In this document: positions 27,247-37,073 of the stretch, piece after piece | How the letters are laid out: every line of letters starts with the position of its first letter | Numbering within the stretch: the first letter of the stretch is position 1 | Assembly: GCA_963703955.1 (NCBI GenBank) | Contig: CAVPGK010000002.1 | Span: forward strand, 1 to 37,078 | From: Nitrospirota bacterium | GTDB lineage: Bacteria; Nitrospirota; Nitrospiria; Nitrospirales; Nitrospiraceae | Length of the DNA: 37,078 bases | Direction of reading: 5' to 3' | Position numbers and translations under genes: made by a program | The notes under the pieces: model-generated | Databases searched by the model: none | What the model was told of the DNA's origin: nothing | The model's input: the letters and a program-made list of their open reading frames with translations, nothing else

Positions 27247-28257
27247 TTATCCTTGCAGGACCGTGCGAAAGTAGTCGATCGTCTTCGCAAGACCGTCTTC
27301 CAACTCGATCTTCGGCTCCCAACCGAGCAGCGCCTTCGCCCGTCTAATGTCGGGACGCCGGACCTTGGGATCATCGACCGGGAGGGGATGCTGTTGTATG
27401 GCGCTCCGGGAGCCGGTCAGCTTCAGCACGAGTTTCGCGATCTCCACGACCGTCAGCTCCCGCGGATTCCCGATGTTCACCGGATTATGCACGGTGTCGA
27501 GGTCCGGTTCGGACCGCTTTGAGAGAAATCCTGCCCGATCCGTGCGTTCGGCGATGCTCCGATTCGATTCGATCATCAGCAGGGTGCTGATCCCCCAAAT
27601 GAGGTCATCCACATAACAGAAACTTCGCGTCTGAGATCCGTCGCCAAAGACAGTCAGGGGTTTACTCTGGAGAGCCTGAACGATAAAGTTCGAGACCACC
27701 CGACCGTCGTTCGGCCTCATGCGCGGCCCAAAGGTATTAAAGATCCGAACGATCCTGGTATCCACGCCGTGATAGCGATGATAGGCCATGGTCATGGCCT
27801 CGGCGAAGCGCTTAGCTTCGTCATAGACTCCCCGCGGGCTCATGGGATTCACGTTACCCCAATACGACTCGGGTTGAGGATTGACCAGCGGATCGCCATA
27901 GACCTCGGACGTGCTCGCCAAGAGGAATCGCGCGTTCTTGGCCTTGGCCAATCCCAGCGCCTTGTGCGTGCCCAGAGCGCCTACCTTAAGAGTGGCGATT
28001 GGAAACTCCAGATAATCCTGAGGGCTTGCTGGCGAGGCAAAATGCATGACCGCATCGAGCGGCCCGTCGACATGGAGGTAATCGCACACATTGTATTTTA
28101 CGAAGCTGAATCGTTCGTTCCCCATCAAGTGGGCGACATTCTCGGGACGTCCGGTGATGAGATTATCTAGGCACCTCACCTCATGGCCTTGCGCGACGAA
28201 CAATTCGCACAAGTGGCTCCCAAGAAAGCCCGCGCCGCCCGTGATGAGAATACGCAT
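27247..28257 (-). CDS. UDP-glucuronic acid decarboxylase (UDP-xylose synthase) family SDR
   Basis: [61 protein letters not shown] and [10 protein letters not shown]. Confidence 0.9.
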   Translation of the reverse strand: MRILITGGAGFLGSHLCELFVAQGHEVRCLDNLITGRPENVAHLMGNERFSFVKYNVCDYLHVDGPLDAVMHFASPASPQDYLEFPIATLKVGALGTHKALGLAKAKNARFLLASTSEVYGDPLVNPQPESYWGNVNPMSPRGVYDEAKRFAEAMTMAYHRYHGVDTRIVRIFNTFGPRMRPNDGRVVSNFIVQALQSKPLTVFGDGSQTRSFCYVDDLIWGISTLLMIESNRSIAERTDRAGFLSKRSEPDLDTVHNPVNIGNPRELTVVEIAKLVLKLTGSRSAIQQHPLPVDDPKVRRPDIRRAKALLGWEPKIELEDGLAKTIDYFRTVLQG

Positions 28258-28389
28258 CGCGTCACTCCTTTAGCTGGGTCAACGATAAAGAGGAAGCAGG
28301 GACACCGCAATCCTTCAAAAGAATGAGAACGACCCTTCTCTTCTTGCTATCCTCCCGGTACGAATCAGGAGCGTAAAATACGAACCCTC

Positions 28390-28418
28390 AAGATACGCGA
28401 AATTCCATTTTGACGCAA
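28390..28418 (-). promoter_or_regulatory. Putative sigma70 promoter for uxs-rfbABD-gmd
   Basis: On the - strand: TTGCGT, 17 nt, TATCTT. RBS AAGGAG lies before the uxs ATG. Confidence 0.5.
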
Positions 28419-28463
28419 GTATTCCGCTCTCTGCGCAGTCTTCACCCTTCTCACGTCTCTCCC

Positions 28464-29561
28464 TCACATTTCTCCGACGACCTTCTTGTACACGGCGACA
28501 GTGTCTCGGGCGGTGCGGTCCCATGAAAACCTTCTGGCCTGATCGAGTCCTCTTTTGCACAACGAGGCCCGGAAGTCCGGATCCTTCAACACTTGCTCCA
28601 TCGCCGCGGAGAACCCATTCACATCCGTGGCATTCACAAGCACGGCCCCGTTTCCCGCCACCTCCGGAAGCGACGAAGCGTCCGAGCTGACGACCGGACA
28701 TCCACACGCCATGGCCTCCAGGACCGGTAGTCCAAATCCCTCGTACAGCGACGGAAAAACAAAGACAGCCGCGCGCCGGTAGAGGTCAATCAGTCGCTCG
28801 TCGCTGATGATCCCCGCAAATCGGGTGTTCGTCCCGATTCCCGACCGGGTCACTCGGTCACGAAGGTCCTCTCGTCTCCGAAAGTCACCGACAAGGATGA
28901 GATCATGGGCCGCGCGAACGGCCGGAGGAAGCCGCCCAAATGCATCGATCAAAACCCCGACATTCTTGGTGGGATCGGCTCCGGCCACACACAGCACATA
29001 CGGCCGTTCCGGTTGGACGCTCACGGCATCAGGCGACAGCGGTCGAAACCGTTCCAGGTCGATACCGGGATAGACAACCGTCAGACGTTCCGCCGGAACT
29101 CCAAGATGGGCCATGATATCGCGTCTGGAACACTCCGAGTCTGTCAGGACATGATCGATCTCTGCCCACTGGTCTCGCACCAGCATCCGCTCAATCAGAT
29201 AATTGAGGTTTGTCCGCTGACGTCCGGTATCAAATAACAGAGGTTTGACGTCGTGGATCGTGGTCATAAACTTCGCGCGCTTCCACACCACCCGAGAGTC
29301 ATACGGGAAATGCAACAGATCGTGGCGACCGGCCAGCACCTGGGCCATTTGTTCCCAGAAGCGTCTTTTGAAGAGTGGAAATCGAATCACTCGATAGGTC
29401 ACATTCGGCCGGGTTGGGAACCCATGGGCGTTGTGGGGAACGAGAATGTCATATCGATTTTCGAGGTCCACACGACCGATTGCATCGATCAAACCGCGAG
29501 TGTAACGCCCGAGGCCGACGTTCGGGTTCCTCACATGCCAGGCCGCAATCACGATCTTCAT
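28464..29561 (-). CDS. GT4-family glycosyltransferase
   Basis: GLGRYT, TIHDV, TDSECSRRDI and FVFPSLYEGFGLPVLEAMACG...SSLPEVAG. Start MKIVI at 29561. Confidence 0.92.
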   Translation of the reverse strand: MKIVIAAWHVRNPNVGLGRYTRGLIDAIGRVDLENRYDILVPHNAHGFPTRPNVTYRVIRFPLFKRRFWEQMAQVLAGRHDLLHFPYDSRVVWKRAKFMTTIHDVKPLLFDTGRQRTNLNYLIERMLVRDQWAEIDHVLTDSECSRRDIMAHLGVPAERLTVVYPGIDLERFRPLSPDAVSVQPERPYVLCVAGADPTKNVGVLIDAFGRLPPAVRAAHDLILVGDFRRREDLRDRVTRSGIGTNTRFAGIISDERLIDLYRRAAVFVFPSLYEGFGLPVLEAMACGCPVVSSDASSLPEVAGNGAVLVNATDVNGFSAAMEQVLKDPDFRASLCKRGLDQARRFSWDRTARDTVAVYKKVVGEM

Positions 29562-29944
29562 AGGACGGACAGGGAAGGAAACGGTCCGAGAACAGGACCG
29601 GCGGGTGAGACGGCGGAATCCCGGCAACACGCTTGGACGGGGCTAGCCCGGATCATTCATGAGTACCTTCGCGACGCGGCTGACACCGAAGATCGCCGGG
29701 AATTCTCGCAGGCGCACGACGGGATGAATAAAGAGCGCCATGCCTGTGCGCGCCGCCGACGTGCGCGACGAATAAAGGAGCCTCACGTTTGCGCACGCCC
29801 GCGAGCCGGTGAGCGGGCAGTGTCTTCGTAAGCCCCCGGTTCCGAAATATCCACTCCTTCGAATACGGTCGAGGACCGAACGAGAAAAAGCCCCGCTGGA
29901 CAGGAGGATCGACTGTTGCAGTAGGGGTTCACGGACGATCAGCG

Positions 29945-31345
29945 CTAGTACGCATTCTTGTGGAACATGCCTTTCCACACCGTGAGCCAGAGAATCTTGA
30001 GGTCGAACAGGATCGACCAATGGTCGATATAGTAGAGATCATACTCGACGCGCTTTTCCAGTGAGGTGTTTCCCCGCCAGCCGTTCACTTGAGCCCAGCC
30101 GGTAATTCCCGCCTTCATCTTGTGGCGCAGCATATACTGAGGCAGACTTTGTCGAAAGCGGACAATAAACTCGGGACGCTCCGGACGCGGTCCGACGATA
30201 CTCATCTCTCCTTTCAGCACATTCCAAAACTGGGGTAATTCATCCAGGCTGGTCCGCCGGAGAAAGGCGCCGATTTGTGTCCGTCGCCGATCATCGGCCC
30301 GGGTCCAGACCGGGCCGGTTTCAGATTCCGCATCCCACCGCATGGAGCGGAACTTGAGCATATCAAACCCACGCCCGTCCAGGCCCATCCGTCGCTGCCG
30401 GTAAAAGATCGGCCCGGGAGAAGACAGCTTGACGAGCGATGCCAGCAGCAGGAAGAACGGAGACATGACGATCAGGGTCACGGAGGCACCGACCAGATCA
30501 AGCCCTCGCTTGATCACGAGATTCCATCCGTGCAGCGGAGACCCCTGGAGTGTAATCACGGGCAGGCCCTCGAACATCTCGGCCTCCGCCCGAAGCGTGA
30601 TAAACTCGTAAATCGAGGGAACGACTTTGACTTCCACCATGGTGGTCGCGAGATACGGCAGAATTTTCTCCGCCTGCCCTTCCACGTCAGGCGGGAGGCA
30701 GACGAACACCATGTCGATTCCCGTGCCAAGGGTGTCTTTCAAGTCGACATACGTACCGATGACCGGCGCCCCCTCGAGCACCTGTCCGAGCTTTTGAGGC
30801 CGGCGGCTCAAATACCCCCGGACCTGGAACCCGAGTTCAGGATGCTCGTGCAAGCACTGCACCACTTTCTGTCCCAGTTTTCCCGCCCCGACGATCAGCA
30901 CATGCCGTTGATTGAACCCGCGCCGCCGAAAGAACCGCAGCCCCTCACGAAAGGCCATCCGCGAAAAACCGAGCGCCAGAAGATTGAACAACCAAAAATA
31001 CAGAACAACCAGCCGCGAGAATTCAAACTCCCGCACAAAAAACGTCACCGACAAGAGGATCAGGACGGACAGGGTGTCGGCCTTCGCCAGGTCAATAAAC
31101 TCGGCGAAATGAGATCCCATGCGGCGCGGTCGATACAGATTGAACGCCTGGAAGGAAAATCCCCAGACCGCCACGATGGGGATCAGGATCCAAAGGTAAG
31201 GCGCCAGCGGTGGGATCCCTTTGGTGACCGGCTCCCCGATCCCTTCAAATCGGAAGAAGTAGGCGCCAAGCCAACAGGCGCAAATGAGCACCAGGTCAAA
31301 CAGGAAAAGCAGGCTTTTCAGAAATTCAGAGTGGCGCTTCAGCAT
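29945..31345 (-). CDS. Undecaprenyl-phosphate glucose phosphotransferase (WcaJ/GumD-like priming transferase)
   Basis: N-terminal TM segments, VLIVGAG, KRGLDL, KFRSM, LDELPQFWNVLKGEMSIVGPRPERP, GITGWAQVNG and DLYYI. Confidence 0.93.
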   Translation of the reverse strand: MLKRHSEFLKSLLFLFDLVLICACWLGAYFFRFEGIGEPVTKGIPPLAPYLWILIPIVAVWGFSFQAFNLYRPRRMGSHFAEFIDLAKADTLSVLILLSVTFFVREFEFSRLVVLYFWLFNLLALGFSRMAFREGLRFFRRRGFNQRHVLIVGAGKLGQKVVQCLHEHPELGFQVRGYLSRRPQKLGQVLEGAPVIGTYVDLKDTLGTGIDMVFVCLPPDVEGQAEKILPYLATTMVEVKVVPSIYEFITLRAEAEMFEGLPVITLQGSPLHGWNLVIKRGLDLVGASVTLIVMSPFFLLLASLVKLSSPGPIFYRQRRMGLDGRGFDMLKFRSMRWDAESETGPVWTRADDRRRTQIGAFLRRTSLDELPQFWNVLKGEMSIVGPRPERPEFIVRFRQSLPQYMLRHKMKAGITGWAQVNGWRGNTSLEKRVEYDLYYIDHWSILFDLKILWLTVWKGMFHKNAY

Positions 31346-32513
31346 GGCGCGTCACGTGCCCCGCGTAGGCCTGATGGATGACTCGTTGGATTCGTCTCTT
31401 GAAATGGTCTCGATCAAACGGTTCCACGTGCTCCCGTATCGCTTTCGGATCAAAGACGGACTCATTGCGCTCAAAGATCTGGATCGCCTCCAGCAGCGAC
31501 ACCACTGTCTGCTCGTAGAAAAAGAGGCCTGTCGGCGCACCGGGACGACACACAGAGCCGGCTCCTTCCGCCCCGCCTCCCCTCGGTCGCGGATTCAACG
31601 GGACAACGGTTTCAAGTGCTCCGCCCTTGCCATAGGCGATGACGGGCTTTCCACACGCCATCGCTTCAAGTGGGACAATACCAAAATCTTCTTCGCCGGG
31701 AAAGAGCAAAGCTCGGCACCGGGCGTAGTGCTCCCGGACAACCCCGTCAGGCTTCCAGCCTAGAAATTCCACGGTCGGCCCCGCCATGCGGATAAGTCGC
31801 GCCTCGTCTTGCCCAGAACCGATGATCTTCAGCCGAAATCCCAGCCGGTTCGCCGCGTCGATCGCCATATCGACCCGTTTGTAGGGCGCAAAGGCGGTGA
31901 CCATCAGATAGTACCCTTCATGGTCCATGGACACCTGAAAAGACTGCCAATTCACCGGGGGATAGACCACCGTCGCTTGTCGCCCATAGATGCCGCGGAT
32001 CCGCTGAGCGACGTGATCGGAGATAGCCACGAACTGGCTGACGCGTCGGCTCGAGGTAACGTCCCATGCTTGCAAGCGTGGTCGCATCATGCGCATGAGC
32101 GCACGCGTCAGCAATCCGGCCTTCTCCCGCGCAAAGTACGTCTCGTATTGGTCCCAGATGTAGCGCATGGGGGTGTACACATAGGAGAGATGATACCCAC
32201 CGGTCGGAACGCAGACTCCCTTGGCGACACAGTGGCTCGAGCTGATCACCAGATCGTAACCTTGCACATTTAATCGTTCAATGGCCGCCGGAAAGAGGGG
32301 TAGATAGTACCGGTACCGTTGGTTGGCCATTGGAAGACGCTGAATGAATGAGGTCGTGATTCGCCGCTGGGCGATGATGGACGACACGGTGCCAGGAACG
32401 TACAAGAGCGTAAAGAGATCGGCTTGAGGGAACACCTCACAGAAGCTCTCAAGGCAGCGCTCTCCCCCACGCATGCCGGTGAGCCAGTCATGGACGAGCG
32501 CGACTTTCATCAT
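31326..32513 (-). CDS. GT4-family glycosyltransferase (mannosyltransferase-like)
   Basis: MKVALVHDWLTGMRGGER, SSSHCVAKG, TPMRYIWD and EEDFGIVPLEAMACGKPVIA. Start overlaps the upstream stop (TGATG). Confidence 0.92.
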   Translation of the reverse strand: MMKVALVHDWLTGMRGGERCLESFCEVFPQADLFTLLYVPGTVSSIIAQRRITTSFIQRLPMANQRYRYYLPLFPAAIERLNVQGYDLVISSSHCVAKGVCVPTGGYHLSYVYTPMRYIWDQYETYFAREKAGLLTRALMRMMRPRLQAWDVTSSRRVSQFVAISDHVAQRIRGIYGRQATVVYPPVNWQSFQVSMDHEGYYLMVTAFAPYKRVDMAIDAANRLGFRLKIIGSGQDEARLIRMAGPTVEFLGWKPDGVVREHYARCRALLFPGEEDFGIVPLEAMACGKPVIAYGKGGALETVVPLNPRPRGGGAEGAGSVCRPGAPTGLFFYEQTVVSLLEAIQIFERNESVFDPKAIREHVEPFDRDHFKRRIQRVIHQAYAGHVTRHAEAPL

Positions 32514-33508
32514 CAGCCCCGTACCAACATTTGCGCCTTTTTCCACAACAACTCTTTGCTGAAGATCGGAGTCAACATGGACTTAACATACTGATTCGGC
32601 ACTTGTTTGTGCCGTTGGATGGCCCTGCGCTTTTTGAGCATTCGGGGCAGCATCTTCAACGCATCCCGCTTGGCCCGAAAAAACGGCGCCCATTTCCCAT
32701 GACGGATGCAGACGTAGCAAAAGCTGGCGATTTCCTGGATGAGCTTGTGATGAAAAAACCGTAGCATGAGCGTCGCCGGCATATTCTTCACCCAGAGAAA
32801 CTCCAGATTTCGGTGGTGATAATACACGTGGAGGTCACTGAGTCGGCCGATGGTCGCATTGACCTTGTGATGCACCACGGCATCGGGAACATATCGACAT
32901 TTCCAACCGGCAAGCTGAGCGCGGAAGTTGAGATCGGCGTCCTCGTCGTTGAAAAAGAAATCCGCGTCGAAGAAGCCGATGGCCTCCAGCATGGCCCTTC
33001 GATACAACGCCGCCGCCGCACAAACTCCGAAGACGTCCTCCGGCGCGCCGTAACACGCGGCGTTCTTCCCGGTCCCCCGTTTGTATCCCACCCCTCCCGT
33101 CCCGATGCCGTCACCGGATGAATCAATCACTCTCGTCCCGTCGACGATCAATTTAGACGCACACATTCCGATTTGGTCATCGTCCAGCATCGGTTGAATC
33201 AAATGCTCCAGCCACACGAGCTCCGCCCGCGTGTCATTGTTGATCAGGGCGACGAATTCCCCCTGAGAAGCTGCCAGCCCCGCCAAGTTCCCTCCGGTAA
33301 ACCCCCTGTTCTCGCCGAGAGGGACCAGAATCACGGCAGGGAATGTCTCCTTGACGAACTGCACCGATGAATCTGTGGACCCGTTGTCGACGAGAATGAT
33401 TTCCAACGGGCCATACGTCTGGTGACAGATAGATTCAAGGCATTCTCCAAGGAGACCCTGCCCGTTCCAGTTGACAACGATGACGCTGATGGTCGGCTTC
33501 GAACCCAC
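32513..33508 (-). CDS. GT2-family glycosyltransferase (rhamnosyltransferase-like)
   Basis: SVIVVNWNG, VDNGSTD, ENRGFTGGN, LINND, AAALYRR and FDADFFFNDEDADL. Confidence 0.9.
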   Translation of the reverse strand: MGSKPTISVIVVNWNGQGLLGECLESICHQTYGPLEIILVDNGSTDSSVQFVKETFPAVILVPLGENRGFTGGNLAGLAASQGEFVALINNDTRAELVWLEHLIQPMLDDDQIGMCASKLIVDGTRVIDSSGDGIGTGGVGYKRGTGKNAACYGAPEDVFGVCAAAALYRRAMLEAIGFFDADFFFNDEDADLNFRAQLAGWKCRYVPDAVVHHKVNATIGRLSDLHVYYHHRNLEFLWVKNMPATLMLRFFHHKLIQEIASFCYVCIRHGKWAPFFRAKRDALKMLPRMLKKRRAIQRHKQVPNQYVKSMLTPIFSKELLWKKAQMLVRG

Positions 33509-33565
33509 GGCTCCCGTCTACTGGATGACAACGATTGAGGCAACGAGAAGAAGGGACGCGGCGTC

Positions 33566-34858
33566 TCAGTGGACCAATTCTCGTAGGAATTTGTCAAGGC
33601 GAGCGGTCTGTTCTTCGCGGGAAAGACCTATCGCAGCTTCCGGCGGAAGAGCGGGGATCATCCCTCGCGTCTCTTTTTCTCGGAGCCATTGATCGAGAAG
33701 ATCCGCAACATGATCCGGATGGTTCGCGACAACTCCGGCGCATTGTTTTTGGATGAGATCCGCCGCTACATTGTCGCGTGGGCCGATGGCTAAGATAGGC
33801 CGGCGAGCCCCGATGTACTCGAACAGTTTTCCTGTGTACACGCCCCGCTCATCTGGATTATTCCACAAAAAAATGAGGAGTATGTCCGCCTCTTGCTGAA
33901 TTCGCAAGGCCGTGCGATACGGCACCTGATCATGAATTTCGACAAGATGTTCCACCCCTTTGGACATTGCCATCGCGCGCGCCTCTGCTAATCGGCGGCC
34001 ATAGAAAACCAATCTCACCTTGTCTCCCCGAGGTCCGAGCCGTCGCAGCGCTTCGAACAACGGGGTAGGATCCATTCCTCTTCGAGCACCCGCCCACATG
34101 AGCATCCCTGTGTACACGATGCGAAGACCGTCGTTCGGCGAAGACCCGTTGGGACGGGGAGGGTAATCATCGGGATCGAAACCGTTCAGAATGACTCCGA
34201 CCGGCATTTGGTACTTCGCCCGCAAGACCTCAGCGAGCGGCTCCGATACGGTGATCAATCCCCCAGCGGTACGAAGGGTCCTCAGTTCTAGTCGATCATC
34301 TAATCTACGGCGCCACTCCGGCAACTCATAATAGTGGCTCTCCGCCCATAGATCTCGCAGTTCCGCGACCCACGGAATGCGAAAGGCATGCGCCAGCCTG
34401 TGCGCGACGAGTAAAGAGGTATGGGGCGGGCCGCTCCCAAAGATGAGATCCGGGGTCCACCCACGAATGAGGGTTGAGGCAGCTCGTAGCGCGAACGGGA
34501 GCCACCCGACCTGATCGTCCGGAAACGCAGCCAGACTCTTATAGAGAGTGCGGTAGAGAAACCGTAGCCCGTTCACCACGCGGCGGGAACGAAGAGGAAG
34601 CTCATGCCCCTTGGCTGCCACCCTCACGGATCCCCCAGCCATGATTTCCGCCGGCTTGTTGATATTGATCCATTTCGTGCTGACCACGTGGTCCCGAGGA
34701 ATCTCCAGAGGCAGCGTCGGTTGAAAAGGTTGTGAGTCCGCGGTGACCACCCGAACGTCATAACCGAGCTTCATGAGATATTTAGCGGTCTTTCCCAGGC
34801 GGACGGCCCCCATATTGTTAAAGGGAGGGAAAAAATAGGAGATGAGCAAGAGACGCAT
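33566..34858 (-). CDS. GT-B (GT4-like) glycosyltransferase
   Basis: ISYFFPP..GAVR, GPPHTS, PWVAELRDLW, NGFDPDD, YTGM and TGKLFEYIGARRPILA. Confidence 0.85.
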   Translation of the reverse strand: MRLLLISYFFPPFNNMGAVRLGKTAKYLMKLGYDVRVVTADSQPFQPTLPLEIPRDHVVSTKWININKPAEIMAGGSVRVAAKGHELPLRSRRVVNGLRFLYRTLYKSLAAFPDDQVGWLPFALRAASTLIRGWTPDLIFGSGPPHTSLLVAHRLAHAFRIPWVAELRDLWAESHYYELPEWRRRLDDRLELRTLRTAGGLITVSEPLAEVLRAKYQMPVGVILNGFDPDDYPPRPNGSSPNDGLRIVYTGMLMWAGARRGMDPTPLFEALRRLGPRGDKVRLVFYGRRLAEARAMAMSKGVEHLVEIHDQVPYRTALRIQQEADILLIFLWNNPDERGVYTGKLFEYIGARRPILAIGPRDNVAADLIQKQCAGVVANHPDHVADLLDQWLREKETRGMIPALPPEAAIGLSREEQTARLDKFLRELVH

Positions 34859-34869
34859 TCGAAAAAGCT

Positions 34870-35967
34870 TCAGGATGAGACAGGGTGAAGAGACACGGCA
34901 ATCCGCTCCGCCGCTTGTCCACCGCCGTACAGATCAGCGGGCCCTTCGCGGCGTGCATGCTCGTTCCAGGAATCCACAAGCGCGGTCCGAATCGAGGCGG
35001 CATCAACGGGTGGCGCCAGCCGATTCCAACCGAGCTCCACCAGTTCCACCCACTCGGTTTCATTTCGTAAGGTGACACACGGAACGCGATAAAAGAATGC
35101 TTCTTTCTGGACCCCACCCGAATCGGTCGCAATCCGATAAGCATGTTTTTCCAGCATGACCATGTCGAGGTATCCGACGGGATCGATCACGTGCACGCCT
35201 GTCGAGATGTTGTCGCTCATGCCTTCCCTGTCCAATGCGTGTCTGGTTCGCGGATGGAGAGGCAAGACAACCGGCATGGTCTCGGCCGCTGCGCTAAGTC
35301 CACGCATGATGTTGTGAAGACGGCCGAGGTCATCGGTATTCTCCGCCCGATGGACCGTCGCCAGAATGTATGCGTTCCGCTTCAGTTCCAACTGTTTTAG
35401 GATTCGGCTCTGACGCTCAGCTTTCTCCCCGTAGTAGAGCGAGGCATCATACATGACGTCGCCAACCAGTGAAATGCGATCTTCTGGAATTCCCTCTCGC
35501 CTCAGGTTGCTCACTGCAGCCGAGGTGGGTGCAAAGAGACGCTCCGAGACATGGTCTGTGAGCACCCGATTGATCTCCTCCGGCATCCGGCGATTGAACG
35601 ACCGCAATCCGGCCTCGACATGGGCGACCGGGATGTGCAACTTCGCTCCTGCCAGCGCGCCGGCGAGCGTCGAGTTGGTATCTCCATAGACCAGCACCCA
35701 ATCCGGTTTTTCGTCAACCAAGACGATCTCGATGGCTTCCAACATGCGACCCGTCTGCGCCCCATGGAGATTGGAGCCGATGCCGAGATGGTGATCCGGG
35801 GTTGGGATCTCAAGTTCATCAAAAAACACCGCCGACATATTCTCATCGTAATGTTGTCCTGTATGAACCAGCACTTCGCTGACATTTTGCCGGCTCCGTA
35901 AGACCCGCGAGACGGCGGCCGCCTTAATAAACTGCGGCCGAGCGCCGATCACCGTTACGATATTCAC
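34870..35967 (-). CDS. wecB: Non-hydrolysing UDP-N-acetylglucosamine 2-epimerase (WecB/WbpI family)
   Basis: GARPQFIK, HTGQHYD, GDTNSTLA, HVEAGLRSF..MPEEINR, TVHRAEN, TDSGGVQKEA and LRNETEW. Confidence 0.93.
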   Translation of the reverse strand: MNIVTVIGARPQFIKAAAVSRVLRSRQNVSEVLVHTGQHYDENMSAVFFDELEIPTPDHHLGIGSNLHGAQTGRMLEAIEIVLVDEKPDWVLVYGDTNSTLAGALAGAKLHIPVAHVEAGLRSFNRRMPEEINRVLTDHVSERLFAPTSAAVSNLRREGIPEDRISLVGDVMYDASLYYGEKAERQSRILKQLELKRNAYILATVHRAENTDDLGRLHNIMRGLSAAAETMPVVLPLHPRTRHALDREGMSDNISTGVHVIDPVGYLDMVMLEKHAYRIATDSGGVQKEAFFYRVPCVTLRNETEWVELVELGWNRLAPPVDAASIRTALVDSWNEHARREGPADLYGGGQAAERIAVSLHPVSS

Positions 35968-37073
35968 CGCGTCACCTCTTCATAAAACCGAAGAAGTTTG
36001 TTCGCTTCGGCCTCCCAGTTGAAGCGAGTCCGCACTGCCTCCTCTCCACGTTGGCCCATCATCTCTGCTTCCCGAGGATGGGTCAGCACCCACTGAATCG
36101 CTTCCGCGATGGCGGAGGGATCAAGCGGGTCGACAAACAGACAGCATCCGATTGGCTCGTACATCTTGCGCCACAGAGGAAAGTCGGAGGCAATGATGGG
36201 GATGCCAGCCGCCATGTACTCATATAACTTATTTGGTTGCGCCTCGATGTGATCGGGAAGGGGGTGAAAAAGCACCAGGCCGACTCTGACCTGTGCAAGC
36301 AACGATGTCACATCTTTCCGTGAAAGCCACCCAAAGAACTCAACCCGTCCCCAACCAGGCATCCTGCGCACCTCTTCCTCAATCTGTGGTGGCAAGAACT
36401 TGCCGGCGAGAGTCAATCTTGCGCAGGGGTCTTTCAGCAATGCCATGGCCTCCATGATCTGTCTGACGCCACGAATGAGCGAGATGCCGCCGACGTATGC
36501 AATTAGTGGAAGCCTTTCCGAATTCGGCAGAGACTTCACGTCATCCGTCCTTTCAACAATGGGAAAATTTTGTACAAGGACGGTCTTCTTGACAGGGAAG
36601 AGGTTGGTAATCGCTGGAGTCGCTGCAACCATTCCATCCAAGAAATGCTTGGCCAACCATTCACAAACCGAGTAAAAAACAAAATACGCCCACCCTCGCC
36701 ATGGATTCTTATTGTTGAGGGAAAGAGCCTCCTGTGGAGAGTCTTCATGGACATCATAAACGACCTTGGCGCCTCTTAATTTTAGAAGAAGTCCTATTGG
36801 AATCAGTTCAGGGTCGTGAAAGTGATAGAGGTCGGCACGCAAAGGCTTTGCAGTTTCATACGCGCGGCTCAAGCGTGAAAAGATCCGGGGAAAATACTTG
36901 GCCTCAGTCTTCTTTCGAATCCCGTGAAAGGTGACCCTATCCACTGATGCCGTGGGGGGGTCAAATATGACAAGGTGCACCTCGTATCCGGCATTAGCCA
37001 GAGTCCGACACTCTTTGTAAAAAATACGCACGTCCAGAGGGCCATGAATCGTGGAAATGTGCACCACCCTCAT
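35964..37073 (-). CDS. GT4-family glycosyltransferase (WbpH-like)
   Basis: HISTIH..DVRIFYKEC..LA, YHFHDPEL, VYDVHED and PNKLYEYMAAGIPIIASDFP. Its stop overlaps the epimerase start (GTGA). Confidence 0.88.
   Translation of the reverse strand: MRVVHISTIHGPLDVRIFYKECRTLANAGYEVHLVIFDPPTASVDRVTFHGIRKKTEAKYFPRIFSRLSRAYETAKPLRADLYHFHDPELIPIGLLLKLRGAKVVYDVHEDSPQEALSLNNKNPWRGWAYFVFYSVCEWLAKHFLDGMVAATPAITNLFPVKKTVLVQNFPIVERTDDVKSLPNSERLPLIAYVGGISLIRGVRQIMEAMALLKDPCARLTLAGKFLPPQIEEEVRRMPGWGRVEFFGWLSRKDVTSLLAQVRVGLVLFHPLPDHIEAQPNKLYEYMAAGIPIIASDFPLWRKMYEPIGCCLFVDPLDPSAIAEAIQWVLTHPREAEMMGQRGEEAVRTRFNWEAEANKLLRFYEEVTR

Noticed and set aside
29830..29880. Resemblance of the - strand ATTCGAAGGAGTGG to the P2 stem of a c-di-GMP-I riboswitch
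   Set aside because: The flanking conserved GGCAAAC and GACGCAAAGC segments are absent.
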